Shown here: positions 24,329 to 37,962 of the stretch, piece by piece
Numbering within the stretch: the first letter of the stretch is position 1
Layout: the number at the start of each line of letters is the position of its first letter
Source of the DNA: Gemmatimonadota bacterium
GTDB lineage: Bacteria > Gemmatimonadota > Gemmatimonadetes > Gemmatimonadales > Gemmatimonadaceae
DNA length: 64,000 nt
Assembly (NCBI GenBank): GCA_040389905.1
Contig: JAZJZK010000034.1
Span: forward strand, 21,527-85,526
Direction of reading: 5' to 3'
Made by a program: the position numbers and the translations under genes
Notes under the pieces: generated by a model
Databases searched by the model: none
Told to the model about the DNA's origin: nothing
What the model saw: only the letters and a program-made list of their open reading frames with translations

Positions 24329-25632
24329 GATGTCGCACCGCGTCCGATCGACTCGTACTGGAACCCCATCCGACGCATTCGCTTCGCGTCGTACAGGTTC
24401 CGGCCGTCGATGAGGACGGGCGTGCGAAGCGCGGCCTTGATCCGCGCAAAATCTGGATGCCGGTACTCGTTCCAATCGGTCACGACAACGAGGGCATCCG
24501 CGCCCTCGATGGCGGCGTAGTTCGACTCCGCAAAGTCCACGGTCTGTCCGATGCGGCGTTCCGCTTCGTGCATCGCGACCGGATCATGCACGACGACCAC
24601 CGCGCCAGCGGCGAGCAATGCGTCGATCAGCACGAGCGACGGCGCCTCTCGCATATCATCGGTGTTGGGCTTGAAGGCCAGTCCCCAGACCGCGATGCGT
24701 TTGCCGCGCACGTCACCGATGATCCCGACGAGCTTTTCGAACAACCGGTGCTTCTGCTTCTCATTCGCCAGTTCCACGGCGTCGAGCACCCGGAGGGGAA
24801 CGCCGACGGAATCCGCGGTGCGTGCCAGCGCCTTCACGTCCTTCGGGAAGCAGGACCCGCCGTACCCCGGGCCCGGAAAGAGGAACGCCGGTCCGATCCG
24901 GCTATCCGAGCCGATGCCTCGCCGAACCTGGTCCACATCCGCGCCAACGATTTCGCAGAGATTCGCAATTTCATTCATGAACGAGATGCGCGTCGCCAAC
25001 ATCGCGTTCGCCGCGTACTTCGTCATTTCCGCCGAGGCGAGATCCATGAAGAGAATCGGCTTGCCGGTGCGAACGAACGGCGCATACAACTCCGCCATGA
25101 CGTTCCGGGCAAAATCCGACTCCACGCCAATGACGACGCGATCGGGCTTCATGAAGTCGTCGATGGCCGCCCCTTCCTTGAGGAACTCGGGATTCGAGCA
25201 GATGTGGAAGGGCAGTCTCGCGTGCCGTTCGACGGCCGCGGCAACCTTCGCCGCTGTGCCGACGGGCACGGTGGATTTCGTGACGACCACGAGTTCGCGC
25301 GTCATGTAGTGGCCGACCTGTTCCGCGACCGACAGCACATGGCGAAGGTCGGCTGACCCGTCTTCATCCGGCGGTGTCCCCACCGCAATGAACACGACAT
25401 CGGCGGACGCGATGGCCTCGGCAATGTCCGTGGTAAAGCTGAGGCGTTCCTGTTTCTGATTGCGCTCGACGTACTCATCGAGCCCCGGCTCATAGATCGG
25501 CAGGACGTTCCTGCGAAGTCCCTCGATCTTTCCCGCATCGACGTCAGCGCACACCACCGCATTGCCCGTTTCCGCGAGACAGCCGCCAACGACGAGGCCG
25601 ACGTATCCCGAACCCACCACCGTAATGTTCAT
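24325..25632 (-). CDS. ugd: UDP-glucose 6-dehydrogenase
   Basis: [31 protein letters not shown] and [15 protein letters not shown] motifs. Confidence 0.92.
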   Translation of the reverse strand: MNITVVGSGYVGLVVGGCLAETGNAVVCADVDAGKIEGLRRNVLPIYEPGLDEYVERNQKQERLSFTTDIAEAIASADVVFIAVGTPPDEDGSADLRHVLSVAEQVGHYMTRELVVVTKSTVPVGTAAKVAAAVERHARLPFHICSNPEFLKEGAAIDDFMKPDRVVIGVESDFARNVMAELYAPFVRTGKPILFMDLASAEMTKYAANAMLATRISFMNEIANLCEIVGADVDQVRRGIGSDSRIGPAFLFPGPGYGGSCFPKDVKALARTADSVGVPLRVLDAVELANEKQKHRLFEKLVGIIGDVRGKRIAVWGLAFKPNTDDMREAPSLVLIDALLAAGAVVVVHDPVAMHEAERRIGQTVDFAESNYAAIEGADALVVVTDWNEYRHPDFARIKAALRTPVLIDGRNLYDAKRMRRMGFQYESIGRGATS

Positions 25633-25633
25633 G

Positions 25634-26761
25634 TCACCCGACGAAGAATGCGTTGATGCCCTCGACGACTTCGTCCAGCTGGCTCGTCGTGAGCTCGGGA
25701 AAGATCGGGATCGAAAGCACTTCCGCCGCCGCGCGCTCGCTTTCAGGACACTGACCAGCCGCGTATCCGAGATAGGCGAAGCACGGCTGAAGGTGCAGCG
25801 GGAGGGGATAGTAGATCGACGAGCCGATCCCACGCTCCTTCAGGAACGACTGGAGGGCATCGCGCTTGCCCCCTGCCACGCGAATCGTGTACTGGTTGAA
25901 GATCGATTCATTCTCGGGCGCGACATATGGCGTCGACAACAGGCCGTCGCGCACGCGGTCCTCGAGCGCGGCGTTGTAGTACGCCGCATTCGCCCGTCGC
26001 TTTGCACTCCACGCCGCCAGGTGCGGCAGCTTCGCGGAGAGCACCGCCGCCTGCAGCGCGTCGAGGCGGCTGTTGTATCCGACTTCGTCGTGGAAGTACT
26101 GCTTCGCACCACCGTGCACGCGCAGGCGCCGCAGGCGTTCCGCGATCCGCTCATCCTGCGTCACGATCATTCCGCCGTCCCCGTACCCGCCGAGATTCTT
26201 CGAGGGGAAGAAACTGAACGTGCCGATCGTGGCGATCTCGCCGGCCATGCGCTGCTCGCCATCCACGGCGCGGCGCGCGCCGATCGACTGCGCCGCATCC
26301 TCGATGACGGGAAGGCCCGGAACCGCCAGCCCCACCTCCTCGATGGCCGCCATCTGGCCGAACAGGTCGACGGGGATCACGGCCTTCGACCGCGACGTAC
26401 GCGCTGCCGCCACAGCCTCGGGCCGGATGTTGAACGTATCCGGCTCGATGTCCACGAACACGGGCGTCGCACCGACGTTGTGGATGGTGCCAGCCGTCGC
26501 GAAGAACGTGAATGGCGAGGTGATGACTTCGTCACCGCGGCCGATATCGAGCGCGCGCATCGCGAGCAGAATGGCATCGGTGCCGTTTGCACAGCCAATG
26601 GCAAAGCGCGTGTGCGAGAGGCGCGCGACGTCCGCCTCGAGTGCGGCGACGGGGTCGCCCAGAATGAACGTCTGCGCGTCGACGACCTTCATCATCGCGG
26701 CGACGACGTCGTCGCGGATAGTAGCGTGCTGCGCCTTGAGATCGAGTAGAGGGACTGGCAT
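25634..26761 (-). CDS. DegT/DnrJ/EryC1/StrS aminotransferase (WbpE-like)
   Basis: IEDAAQSIG, FSFFPSKNLGGYGDGG (PLP Lys) and GYNSRLDALQAA motifs. Confidence 0.9.
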   Translation of the reverse strand: MPVPLLDLKAQHATIRDDVVAAMMKVVDAQTFILGDPVAALEADVARLSHTRFAIGCANGTDAILLAMRALDIGRGDEVITSPFTFFATAGTIHNVGATPVFVDIEPDTFNIRPEAVAAARTSRSKAVIPVDLFGQMAAIEEVGLAVPGLPVIEDAAQSIGARRAVDGEQRMAGEIATIGTFSFFPSKNLGGYGDGGMIVTQDERIAERLRRLRVHGGAKQYFHDEVGYNSRLDALQAAVLSAKLPHLAAWSAKRRANAAYYNAALEDRVRDGLLSTPYVAPENESIFNQYTIRVAGGKRDALQSFLKERGIGSSIYYPLPLHLQPCFAYLGYAAGQCPESERAAAEVLSIPIFPELTTSQLDEVVEGINAFFVG

Positions 26762-26770
26762 AGGTAGAAA

Positions 26771-27820
26771 CTATAGTCTGGTGCGGAGCGGAATTGGTAC
26801 TTCGCGGCCCGTCTTCGCTGACTCGTAGATGCCGAGAATCAGCTCCAACGACTTACGCCCTGCTCGCCCATCCGTGTCAGGGCGCGCGGTGCCCCCCAGC
26901 ACGGGGAGCAGATTGCGATAGTAGCCTTCGTGACCGTGCCCATAGACGGTCGGGGGGGAGGTATTCGCGGCCTCGACGAGCTTGTCGTCGTCATCATAGC
27001 TCTCGAATGACCAGTGATCTACCTTGTTCACGGCGGTGCCACCGATCTTCACCGAGCCTCTTTCACCGAGAATCGTGATGGAGCCCTCGAGGTTTCTCGG
27101 ATACGTCAGCACGCTGACTTCGATCACGCCCAGCGCGCCCGAACGAAACTTGAGGATGGCGACGCCGGAATCCTCCGCCTCGATGCGCCGAGCCTGCGTC
27201 GCGGTCTTGGCCATGACACTCTCGACTGGCCCCACGAGCCACTGCATGAGATCGACGTAGTGGCTCGCCTGATTCATGATGGCGCCGCCGTCGAATTCCC
27301 ACGTGCCACGCCACGGTTCCGCGTCGTAGTACTCCTGCGGCCTCGTCCAGCGGACCGTCGTATTCGCCATGAAGATGCGGCCGAAACGCCCCTTATCGAC
27401 CGCGCGTTTCAGCAACTGGATCGCGGGATTCAACCGATTCTGCTTGACGACGAAGAGATGCACGCTCGCCTCGTCGCAGGCGCGCACGAGGGCATCTGCC
27501 GACTCGAGTGAAATGGCCATCGGCTTTTCCGTGAGCACGTGCCGGCCCGCCTTCGCCGCAATGATGCCGTGCTGCGGATGGAGCCCCGACGGCGTGCACA
27601 CCGCCACGAGATCACTCGGCACTGCGGCGAGCATGCGCTCGAGCGAATCGAAGGCCGGTACACCAACCTGACGCGCCCGCTCGATCTCCGTGTCGGCGAC
27701 GGAGACGAGTTCCAGCTCCGGCACCTTGGCGATCGCCTCGAAATGGTTCTTGCTGATGCGGCCGCATCCCACGAGCGCAACGCGCACGCGCCCTGACACG
27801 GCCGGAATGACACCGCTCAT
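26771..27820 (-). CDS. Gfo/Idh/MocA oxidoreductase (WbpB/WlbA-like sugar 3-dehydrogenase)
   Basis: [24 protein letters not shown] and [21 protein letters not shown] motifs. Confidence 0.88.
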   Translation of the reverse strand: MSGVIPAVSGRVRVALVGCGRISKNHFEAIAKVPELELVSVADTEIERARQVGVPAFDSLERMLAAVPSDLVAVCTPSGLHPQHGIIAAKAGRHVLTEKPMAISLESADALVRACDEASVHLFVVKQNRLNPAIQLLKRAVDKGRFGRIFMANTTVRWTRPQEYYDAEPWRGTWEFDGGAIMNQASHYVDLMQWLVGPVESVMAKTATQARRIEAEDSGVAILKFRSGALGVIEVSVLTYPRNLEGSITILGERGSVKIGGTAVNKVDHWSFESYDDDDKLVEAANTSPPTVYGHGHEGYYRNLLPVLGGTARPDTDGRAGRKSLELILGIYESAKTGREVPIPLRTRL

Positions 27821-28406
27821 TTCGGTTGCTCCATGTTCGGACCGGAAACCTGCCGAACTCCATCGGGACTCGCCGCATAGTCCGATCCGCACACCGCGCA
27901 ATGGAGTCCGTCCAGCCGCTCACCGCACTGGCAGATCCAGCCAACATGTTTCGCCGGGACTCCCACGACGAGTGAGAACGGCTTCACCTCTTTCGACACC
28001 ACCGCGCCGGCGCCAACCAGACAATACTGGCCGAGTGTCACACCACAGACGATCGTAGCATTGGCGCCAATCGACGCACCGCGCTTCACCAGTGTTCGCC
28101 GATACTCGGTCTTTCGCGACACGTGGCTGCGGGGGTTGATCACGTTCGTGAACACCATCGACGGGCCACAGAACACATCGTCCTCGAGCTCGACGCCTTC
28201 ATAGATCGAGACATTGTTCTGAATCTTCACGTTGGTCCCGATCCGCGTTCCGCCCATCACGACGACGTTCTGGCCGAGCGAGCAGCGCTCCCCGATCACT
28301 GCGCCAGCGAGCACGTGACAGAAATGCCACACCTTGGTGCCGGCTCCGATCGCGGCGCCGTCGTCGACAATTGCCGACTCGTGCACGAAGGCCGTCGGAT
28401 CGACGC

Positions 28407-28410
<4 letters not shown>
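27817..28410 (-). CDS. Hexapeptide-repeat N-acetyltransferase (WbpD/WlbB-like)
   Basis: [36 protein letters not shown]-terminal CxC..CxxC. Confidence 0.9.
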
Positions 28411-31629
<3,219 letters not shown>

Positions 31630-31646
<17 letters not shown>

Positions 31647-32592
31647 GAACCAGATCGTCGATGATATCGTCGAGCGACCGCTGGGGAGCCCAGCCGGTTG
31701 CGCGTCGAAGCTTGCTGTTGTCACCCACCAGCGCGGGAACATCCGCAGCACGCATGTATGCGGTCTCGGTGCCAATTTCCGCGGCAATGCCCAACCGCTC
31801 AACCACGGCCCTGGCCAGCGCGCGAACGCTGTGCCCTGCGCCGCTGCTCACGTTGTACACCTCGCCGTCGGTGCCGTCCGTGATCAACGCAAGATATCCA
31901 CTGACGGCGTCCCAGACATGCAAATAGTCTCGGATCGTGTCGCCATTTCCGATTGCGAGCGTTCCTCCCGCGCGGGGGAGTGCCAGGGCGCGCGCAACGA
32001 GGGCGGGAAGCAGGAAATGCGACGCGTGCCCGACGCCAGAGTGGTTGAAGCTTCTCGTGCATCGCACTCGCAGGCCGTCTGAGCGAAACATCTGAAGCGC
32101 CACCGTCTCCTGGGCGACTTTCGACGCAGCATACACGCTGAGGGGACGCTGCTCCGCGAGTTCCGTCAGCGGCATGTCGTCCGTGGCGTGACGCCCGTAT
32201 TGGTCCGCCGACCCAATCACGAGAATGACCGGATTGCTTCCACCGGCATCGCGGCACGCGCGCACTGCCGAGAGGAGGCGAACTGTTCCCATCGTGTTCA
32301 CATCATATGTCAGAAACGGATGATTGGCTGCCGTTGGCACGTGACTGATGCCGGCAAGATGGAGCACGACATCCGCTCGCGAACGCTGCACCACCGCCGA
32401 CACATCGTTCTGGCGCGTCACGTCCAGCTCACACCAGTCGATTCGTGCCCGTTCGGCGGCGTTGAGGATCAACTGATCCGGCGAGGGCCCGTATCCACCT
32501 CCGGTGACGCTCCAACCCCGCTCGAGCATGGCGCGCATGGCCCATTGAGCGACGAATCCGTTCGCTCCCGTGACGAGCGCGTGCGTCGTCAC
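31630..32592 (-). CDS. GDP-4-keto-6-deoxy-mannose reductase (Rmd)/GDP-mannose dehydratase-like SDR
   Basis: [31 protein letters not shown] and [12 protein letters not shown] motifs; GTG start at 32592. Confidence 0.8.
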
Positions 32593-32617
32593 GGGAGGTC
32601 GACTCCGTCGAGCATAC

Positions 32618-32647
32618 GAAAAGGGGAGCCCCTGAGAGCTCCCCTTC
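32618..32647 (-). terminator. Intrinsic terminator after rpmB
   Basis: AAGGGGAGC / GCTCCCCTT stem with a TTTT tail on the minus strand. Confidence 0.7.
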
Positions 32648-32674
32648 GCGGACACGAGCGGCGGAGCGGCTGCG

Positions 32675-32893
32675 TCACGCCACCTGCACGCCGCGCGGCG
32701 CGCGCTGAACCTTGCCGGCGTTCATGCAGCGAGTGCACACCTTCACCTTCGAGATCTTGCCGTCGATGACGGTACGCATGACCTGAAGATTCGGCTTCCA
32801 GGAGCGACGCGTCTTGTTGTTCGCATGCGAGACGTTGTTGCCGAACGCGACGCCCTTGTCGCAATGAAAGCAACGATTACGCTGGATAGCCAT
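32675..32893 (-). CDS. rpmB: 50S ribosomal protein L28
   Basis: [20 protein letters not shown]; zinc-binding CxxC pairs present. Confidence 0.96.
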   Translation of the reverse strand: MAIQRNRCFHCDKGVAFGNNVSHANNKTRRSWKPNLQVMRTVIDGKISKVKVCTRCMNAGKVQRAPRGVQVA

Positions 32894-32895
32894 GA

Positions 32896-33258
32896 TTACT
32901 TGCCCTCCGGCATGAACTCGATCCGCGCCATGTCTGCGCCGTCGCCCTTGCGGAAGCCGGTCTTCAGGATGCGCGTGTATCCGCCATTCCGCGTGGCGAA
33001 ACGCGGGCCGATCACCTGGAACAGCTTGTCCGCCGCCTCACGCTTCTGCACGTGACGGATGGCGAGACGACGGGCGTGCAGCGTGCCCGAGCGCGCCTTG
33101 GTGACGAGCTTCTCGATGAATGGGCGCAGTTCCTTGGCCTTCGCCTCGGTCGTCTCGATCGACTCGCTCTCGATGAGCGACGTCGCGAGGTTGCGCATGA
33201 GCGCGAGCTTCTGCTCGCTCGTGCGGCGCAGTTGCCGCCCTGCCTTCTGGTGACGCAT
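32896..33258 (-). CDS. rplQ: 50S ribosomal protein L17
   Basis: MRHQK..., [12 protein letters not shown] and [10 protein letters not shown] motifs. Confidence 0.97.
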   Translation of the reverse strand: MRHQKAGRQLRRTSEQKLALMRNLATSLIESESIETTEAKAKELRPFIEKLVTKARSGTLHARRLAIRHVQKREAADKLFQVIGPRFATRNGGYTRILKTGFRKGDGADMARIEFMPEGK

Positions 33259-33264
33259 CTGGTG

Positions 33265-34338
33265 TTACTCCTCTTCGTCGTCGGGAGCGGCGGCGGCAGC
33301 CTGGCTCGGCGGTGTGCCCCAATCGAGCACCCGAACGCCGTCGCCGTTCTCCTCGAACCGCATGCCAAAGTTCAGTCCTTCACGCTCCAGCAGATCCGCG
33401 ATCTCCTGAAGCGACTTCTTGCCAAAATTCTTGACCTGCAGGATCTGGCTCTCGGTCTGCCGAACCAGGTCGCCAAGGCTCCGGATATTGGAGTTCTTGA
33501 GCGAGTTCACTGACCGGACGCTCAGCTCGAGGTCATCGATCGGCGTCTTGAGCAGGCCCTGCATGCGAGCGCCATCCGTGCCGGCACCGTCGGACATGCC
33601 ACCGGCCACCGGCGCCGAGCTGTGCGAGCCGAACTCCACGAAGTACTGGAAGTGCGTCTGCGCGAGGGCTGCCGCGTAGCTGACGGCTTCTTCCGGCGTG
33701 ATCGTGCCGTTGGTCTCGACCGTCAGCGTGAGGCGATCGTAGTCCGTGCGCTGGCCGACGCGGGTTTCCGCGACGGAGAAATTGGCGCGGCGGACCGGGT
33801 TGTAGATCGAGTCGATGCGGACGAGGTCGACCGGCAGGCCGCGATCGAGCGGATGCTGGTCGGACTCGACGTAGCCACGGCCCTTGTTGATGTAGAGCTC
33901 GATATTGAGGTCGCGATCGTCGTGGAGCGTCAGGATGTGGTGCGACGGATCGACGATGCGAACGCCGGAAACCGGCTGAACGTCACCAGCCGTAACGGCG
34001 CCAGGTGCGTCCTTCTTGATGTGCAGCACCGCGCTCTCGACATCGTCGGCGAGCGTCAGCGTGAGCGTCTTGAGGTTCCCGATGATCTGGTGGACATCCT
34101 CGACGACACCCGGAATGGTCTGGTGCTCGTGCACGACGCCGTCGATGCGGACGCCCCACACGGCGGCGCCGCGGAGGGACGACAGCAGCATGCGACGCAT
34201 GGCATTGCCAAGCGTGTGCCCGAAGCCGCGCTCGAGCGGCTGGAGGCGAAATTCGGCGATATTGGGATTGTCCTCGCGCTTGGTCGATTCAACCAGCTGC
34301 GGACGGACAAGACCACGAAGATCGATCGTAGAAGCCAT
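33265..34338 (-). CDS. rpoA: RNA polymerase alpha subunit
   Basis: PLERGFGHTLGNAMRRMLLSS and LELSVRSVNSLK...NFGKKSL motifs. Confidence 0.98.
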   Translation of the reverse strand: MASTIDLRGLVRPQLVESTKREDNPNIAEFRLQPLERGFGHTLGNAMRRMLLSSLRGAAVWGVRIDGVVHEHQTIPGVVEDVHQIIGNLKTLTLTLADDVESAVLHIKKDAPGAVTAGDVQPVSGVRIVDPSHHILTLHDDRDLNIELYINKGRGYVESDQHPLDRGLPVDLVRIDSIYNPVRRANFSVAETRVGQRTDYDRLTLTVETNGTITPEEAVSYAAALAQTHFQYFVEFGSHSSAPVAGGMSDGAGTDGARMQGLLKTPIDDLELSVRSVNSLKNSNIRSLGDLVRQTESQILQVKNFGKKSLQEIADLLEREGLNFGMRFEENGDGVRVLDWGTPPSQAAAAAPDDEEE

Positions 34339-34449
34339 ATTCAGTCAGTGTGTTCGGGTCATTCCAGCCGAAGATCGGCGGGAAACGCTCTGCCTCGCCC
34401 CAAACGCGCGGCAGACTCGTAGAGGGGTTTGGGCCCCGACCATCAACTA

Positions 34450-34527
34450 CAGGTGACAGGGGGTAGGAATCAGGAGACAGGAACTGCGGTTGCTGTTCCT
34501 GACCCCTGTTACCTGACTCCTGTCCCC
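34450..34527. repeat. Imperfect hairpin built from 7-nt periodic units immediately after the rpsD stop
   Basis: CAGGTGA CAGGGGG TAGGAAT CAGGAGA CAGGAAC mirrored by GTTCCTG ACCCCTG TTACCTG ACTCCTG TCCCCT. Confidence 0.75.
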
Positions 34528-34528
34528 T

Positions 34529-35164
34529 TTACTTCGAGTAGAGCTCGACGACGAGCTGTTCCTGCGCGGCGATCGGGATGCTCGTCCGAGCGGGCTTCTC
34601 GAGCACGCGCCCGCTGAACGTCTCCTTATCGACCGCGATCCACGAGAGCGGCGCGCCACGGGAGGACTGATCCATCGCCGTGATGACGGACACCTGCTCG
34701 CGCGACTTCACCCGCAGACGGACTTCCTGACCCGGCTGCACGTGGAAGCTGGGAATGTCGACACCCTTCTGGTTCACTTCGACGTGGCGGTGGCGAATGA
34801 GCTGGCGCGCGGCCTTGCGGCTGGACGCGAAGCCCATGCGGTACACGACATTGTCGAGGCGCGTCTCGAGGGCGGCCAGCAGGTTGTGGCCACGGAGGCC
34901 GGGCTGCGAGCTGACCTTGTCGAACGTGTTGCGGAACTGCTTCTCGCTCACGCCGTAGATGCGCTTGATCTTCTGCTTCTCACGGAGCTGCTTGGAGAAC
35001 TCCGACGCCTTGCGACGACGCGCCGTTGCCTGACCATGCTGGCCTGGCGCGTACGGGCGACGCTCGACCGGGCACTTCTCGGTGAAACACTTGGTGCCCT
35101 TGAGGAACAGCTTGGTTCCCTCGCGACGGCACTGGCGGCAGCTCGGACCTGTATAGCGACCCAT
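34529..35164 (-). CDS. rpsD: 30S ribosomal protein S4
   Basis: MGRYTGPSCRQCRREG, QLREKQK and LETRLDNVVYRMGF motifs. Confidence 0.98.
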   Translation of the reverse strand: MGRYTGPSCRQCRREGTKLFLKGTKCFTEKCPVERRPYAPGQHGQATARRRKASEFSKQLREKQKIKRIYGVSEKQFRNTFDKVSSQPGLRGHNLLAALETRLDNVVYRMGFASSRKAARQLIRHRHVEVNQKGVDIPSFHVQPGQEVRLRVKSREQVSVITAMDQSSRGAPLSWIAVDKETFSGRVLEKPARTSIPIAAQEQLVVELYSK

Positions 35165-35165
35165 C

Positions 35166-35543
35166 TCAAACTCTCCGACGCTTCGGGGGACGGCAGCCGT
35201 TGTGCGGAATCGGCGTCACGTCCTTGATCGACTTCACCTGGAGTCCCGCCGCGGCGAGCGCCTGGATGGCCGACTCGCGGCCGCTTCCGGGGCCCTGCAC
35301 ACGCACGTGCACCCGCTTCACACCAGCCGTCAGCGCCTCGCGCGCACACTGCTCTGCTGCGACCGTCGCAGCGAACGGCGTGCTCTTCTTGGAGCCCTTG
35401 AAACCGGCCTTGCCACTCGAACCCCACGCGATCGCATTGCCACGCGGATCGGTGATGGTGATGGTCGTATTGTTGAAGGTCGCATTGACGTGGGCCACGC
35501 CCTCCGCCTCGACCACCTTCTTGGACTTCTTTCCAGTCGCCAT
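35166..35543 (-). CDS. rpsK: 30S ribosomal protein S11
   Basis: [19 protein letters not shown] and [18 protein letters not shown] motifs. Confidence 0.98.
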   Translation of the reverse strand: MATGKKSKKVVEAEGVAHVNATFNNTTITITDPRGNAIAWGSSGKAGFKGSKKSTPFAATVAAEQCAREALTAGVKRVHVRVQGPGSGRESAIQALAAAGLQVKSIKDVTPIPHNGCRPPKRRRV

Positions 35544-35547
35544 AGGA

Positions 35548-35925
35548 TTACTTGGTTACCTTCTTCTTTCCGGCAATCGCGCGGCGCGGACCCTTCTTCG
35601 TGCGCGCATTGGTGTGCGTGCGCTGCCCACGAACGGGAAGGCCACGGCGGTGACGGGTACCGCGATACGAACCGATGTCCATCAGACGCTTGATGTTCAT
35701 CGAGACCTCCGTACGCAGGGCGCCTTCGACCCGGTACTCCTTCTCGATGACCTGACGGAGATGATTCACGTCAGCGTCGGTCAGGTCACGGACACGCAGT
35801 GCTGCGTCGATCCCCGCCTTCTTCATGATCTCCAGTGCGGACGCCCGTCCGATACCGAAGATGTAAGTCAGTCCGATCTCAACCTTTTTGTCGCGCGGGA
35901 GATCGATGCCAGAAATTCGAGCCAT
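35548..35925 (-). CDS. rpsM: 30S ribosomal protein S13
   Basis: [10 protein letters not shown] and [16 protein letters not shown] motifs. Confidence 0.98.
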   Translation of the reverse strand: MARISGIDLPRDKKVEIGLTYIFGIGRASALEIMKKAGIDAALRVRDLTDADVNHLRQVIEKEYRVEGALRTEVSMNIKRLMDIGSYRGTRHRRGLPVRGQRTHTNARTKKGPRRAIAGKKKVTK

Positions 35926-35931
35926 TCTCTA

Positions 35932-36048
35932 TCAGCCCTGACGCTGCTTATGCTTAGGATTGCGCTTGCAGATGATGCGAGTCACGCCGTTGCGCTTGAC
36001 AACTTTGCAGTGCTCACAAATCGGCTTCACGCTGCTACGGACTTTCAC
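35932..36048 (-). CDS. rpmJ: 50S ribosomal protein L36
   Basis: Too short for the ORF track; translated by hand from [41 protein letters not shown]. Confidence 0.96.
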   Translation of the reverse strand: MKVRSSVKPICEHCKVVKRNGVTRIICKRNPKHKQRQG

Positions 36049-36142
36049 TGGATACCATCATTGCAAAACGTGAGATTTTCCGGCCAAGTCACTAAGCATA
36101 ACCGCCACTGTAAGTTGACGCAACCCCGAGAGATACGGGGAT

Positions 36143-36871
36143 TCACCCCACCGGAGTCACCCACTGCGGCGTGTCCGCCGCCAGATCGGCCTGTACCCGC
36201 CGAAATGCCAGCCGCGGATCCGCCGCCGCCGTCACCGTTCGGCCCACCACCACATACCGCGCCCCGGCCCGCTGGGCCGATCGCGGCGTGACCACCCGGG
36301 CCTGATCGTTCGCAGCATCACCCTCCAGACGCACCCCAGGCACCAGCACGGCCAGCCGGTCGCCAAACACCCGCCGGACCGATTCCGCCTCCTCGCCGCT
36401 GCAGACGATCCCGTGCACGCCCACCGCCACGGCATCGCCCGCCAGCCGCAGAACCTCCTCCTGCACGTCCAGCGCGCCCCTGCCCCAGCTGCTCGCCAGC
36501 GCGGCCCCGTCCAACGAGGTCAGGACGGTCACGGCCAGCACACCGCACTCGGTACCAGCCGCCGCCTGCGCCGCCTCGAGCATCGCTCGGCCGCCAGAGG
36601 CGTGGACCGTCACGAGCTTGGCGCCCAATCCCGCAGCCGACCGAACGGCTCCCGCAACGGTATTCGGGATGTCGTGGAACTTGAGGTCGAGGAAAACGTC
36701 GGCGCCGAGCTCCTCCCGCAGGTCGCGGACGATCCGCGGGCCGGCCGCCGTGAATAGCGTGCTCCCGACCTTGTAGAAGCGGCACGCATCGCCCAGCACG
36801 CGGGCAAGAGCGATCGCATCGCCCGAGGTCGGGACGTCCAGGGCAACGATGGGTTTGGCATAGCCCGTCAT
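36143..36871 (-). CDS. pyrF: Orotidine-5'-phosphate decarboxylase
   Basis: IVALD and VFLDLKFHDIPNTV motifs; start trimmed to MTGYAK. Confidence 0.95.
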   Translation of the reverse strand: MTGYAKPIVALDVPTSGDAIALARVLGDACRFYKVGSTLFTAAGPRIVRDLREELGADVFLDLKFHDIPNTVAGAVRSAAGLGAKLVTVHASGGRAMLEAAQAAAGTECGVLAVTVLTSLDGAALASSWGRGALDVQEEVLRLAGDAVAVGVHGIVCSGEEAESVRRVFGDRLAVLVPGVRLEGDAANDQARVVTPRSAQRAGARYVVVGRTVTAAADPRLAFRRVQADLAADTPQWVTPVG

Positions 36872-36896
36872 ACTTGGATACCCGTTGTGGCGCGCA

Positions 36897-36998
36897 GGCA
36901 CATTGAACGCGGATTGAGCGGATTGAAGCGGATAGGATCCGATACAACTGCTTTCGTTTGCGTGGTTGAATCGCCGAAATCCGCTCAATTCGCGGTCA
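36897..36998. repeat. Palindromic CGGATT-family element, copy 2
   Basis: 36897-36923 is identical over 27 nt to the reverse complement of 14694-14720; the right arm AATCCGCTCAATTCGCGGTCA is at 36978-36998. Confidence 0.85.
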
Positions 36999-37014
36999 GG
37001 CCACTCGCAACTGC

Positions 37015-37962
37015 TTAGAACTTCAGAACACCAACAATCTCACCGATTTGCGCGACGCCATGTGCATGGCACCATTGCTCGAGCCCGCGAACCACACGTT
37101 CCGGCGCGCGCGGATCGCGCAGCATCGCCGTCCCCATCCCGACCAGTGAGGCACCGGCCATGAGGTACTGGAGCGCGTCCTCCGCACTCGACACCCCTCC
37201 GAGACCGAAGAGCGGAACCGACACCGCTTGCCGCACCTTCCAGGTCGCAAGCACCCCGACGGGGCGCAAGGCGGTACCGCTTACCCCACCCGTGCCGAAT
37301 CCAAGCGCCGGCGCACGCCGTTCGACATCGATCACCAGGCCGGGAATGGTATTCACCAGCGTCAGCGCATCCGCGCCCGAATCGACCGCGATCCTGGCAC
37401 TCTGGGCAATGGCCGGTAACATCGGCGAAAGCTTCACGAACAACGGCCGGCGCGTCACCGCGCGCGCTCGACGCACGACGTCCGCGAGCGCGGTGGGATC
37501 CGCCCCAAATTCCGCGCCACCTGCCTTGACGTTGGGACAGCTCACGTTGAGCTCGTACCCGTCGAGCGCCCCAACACAGTCCCGCTCCACGCATGCATCG
37601 AGCTCGGCAATGACTTCAGCGAACTCCTCCGTCGCGAAGCCGACGATGTTTGCGATTTTTCGCGTCTCAGGAAGCGATGTCGCCAACCAAGGCAAATGTT
37701 CGAGTCGGACGGCGGCAACACCTGGGTTTGCCAGCCCCACCGCGTTGATCATGCCGCCATCGAACTCGGCGACGCGCGGTGACGGGGCTCCGACCCTCGG
37801 CTCCGGGCTCACGGCCTTCGTAACGAGCCCGCCGAGTGCGTGCAGGTCGACGATGTCCGATAGCTCGCGGCCGTAAGCGGCGGTTCCAGCGGCGAGAACG
37901 ATTGGATTTTGAAAGGTGAGTCCGGCAACCTTCACCGCGAGCGTACCGCGGTGACCGCTCAT
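37015..37962 (-). CDS. pyrD: Dihydroorotate dehydrogenase, family 1 catalytic subunit
   Basis: MINAVGLANPG, ELNVSCPNV (catalytic Cys), VKLSP and GGVSG motifs. Confidence 0.92.
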   Translation of the reverse strand: MSGHRGTLAVKVAGLTFQNPIVLAAGTAAYGRELSDIVDLHALGGLVTKAVSPEPRVGAPSPRVAEFDGGMINAVGLANPGVAAVRLEHLPWLATSLPETRKIANIVGFATEEFAEVIAELDACVERDCVGALDGYELNVSCPNVKAGGAEFGADPTALADVVRRARAVTRRPLFVKLSPMLPAIAQSARIAVDSGADALTLVNTIPGLVIDVERRAPALGFGTGGVSGTALRPVGVLATWKVRQAVSVPLFGLGGVSSAEDALQYLMAGASLVGMGTAMLRDPRAPERVVRGLEQWCHAHGVAQIGEIVGVLKF

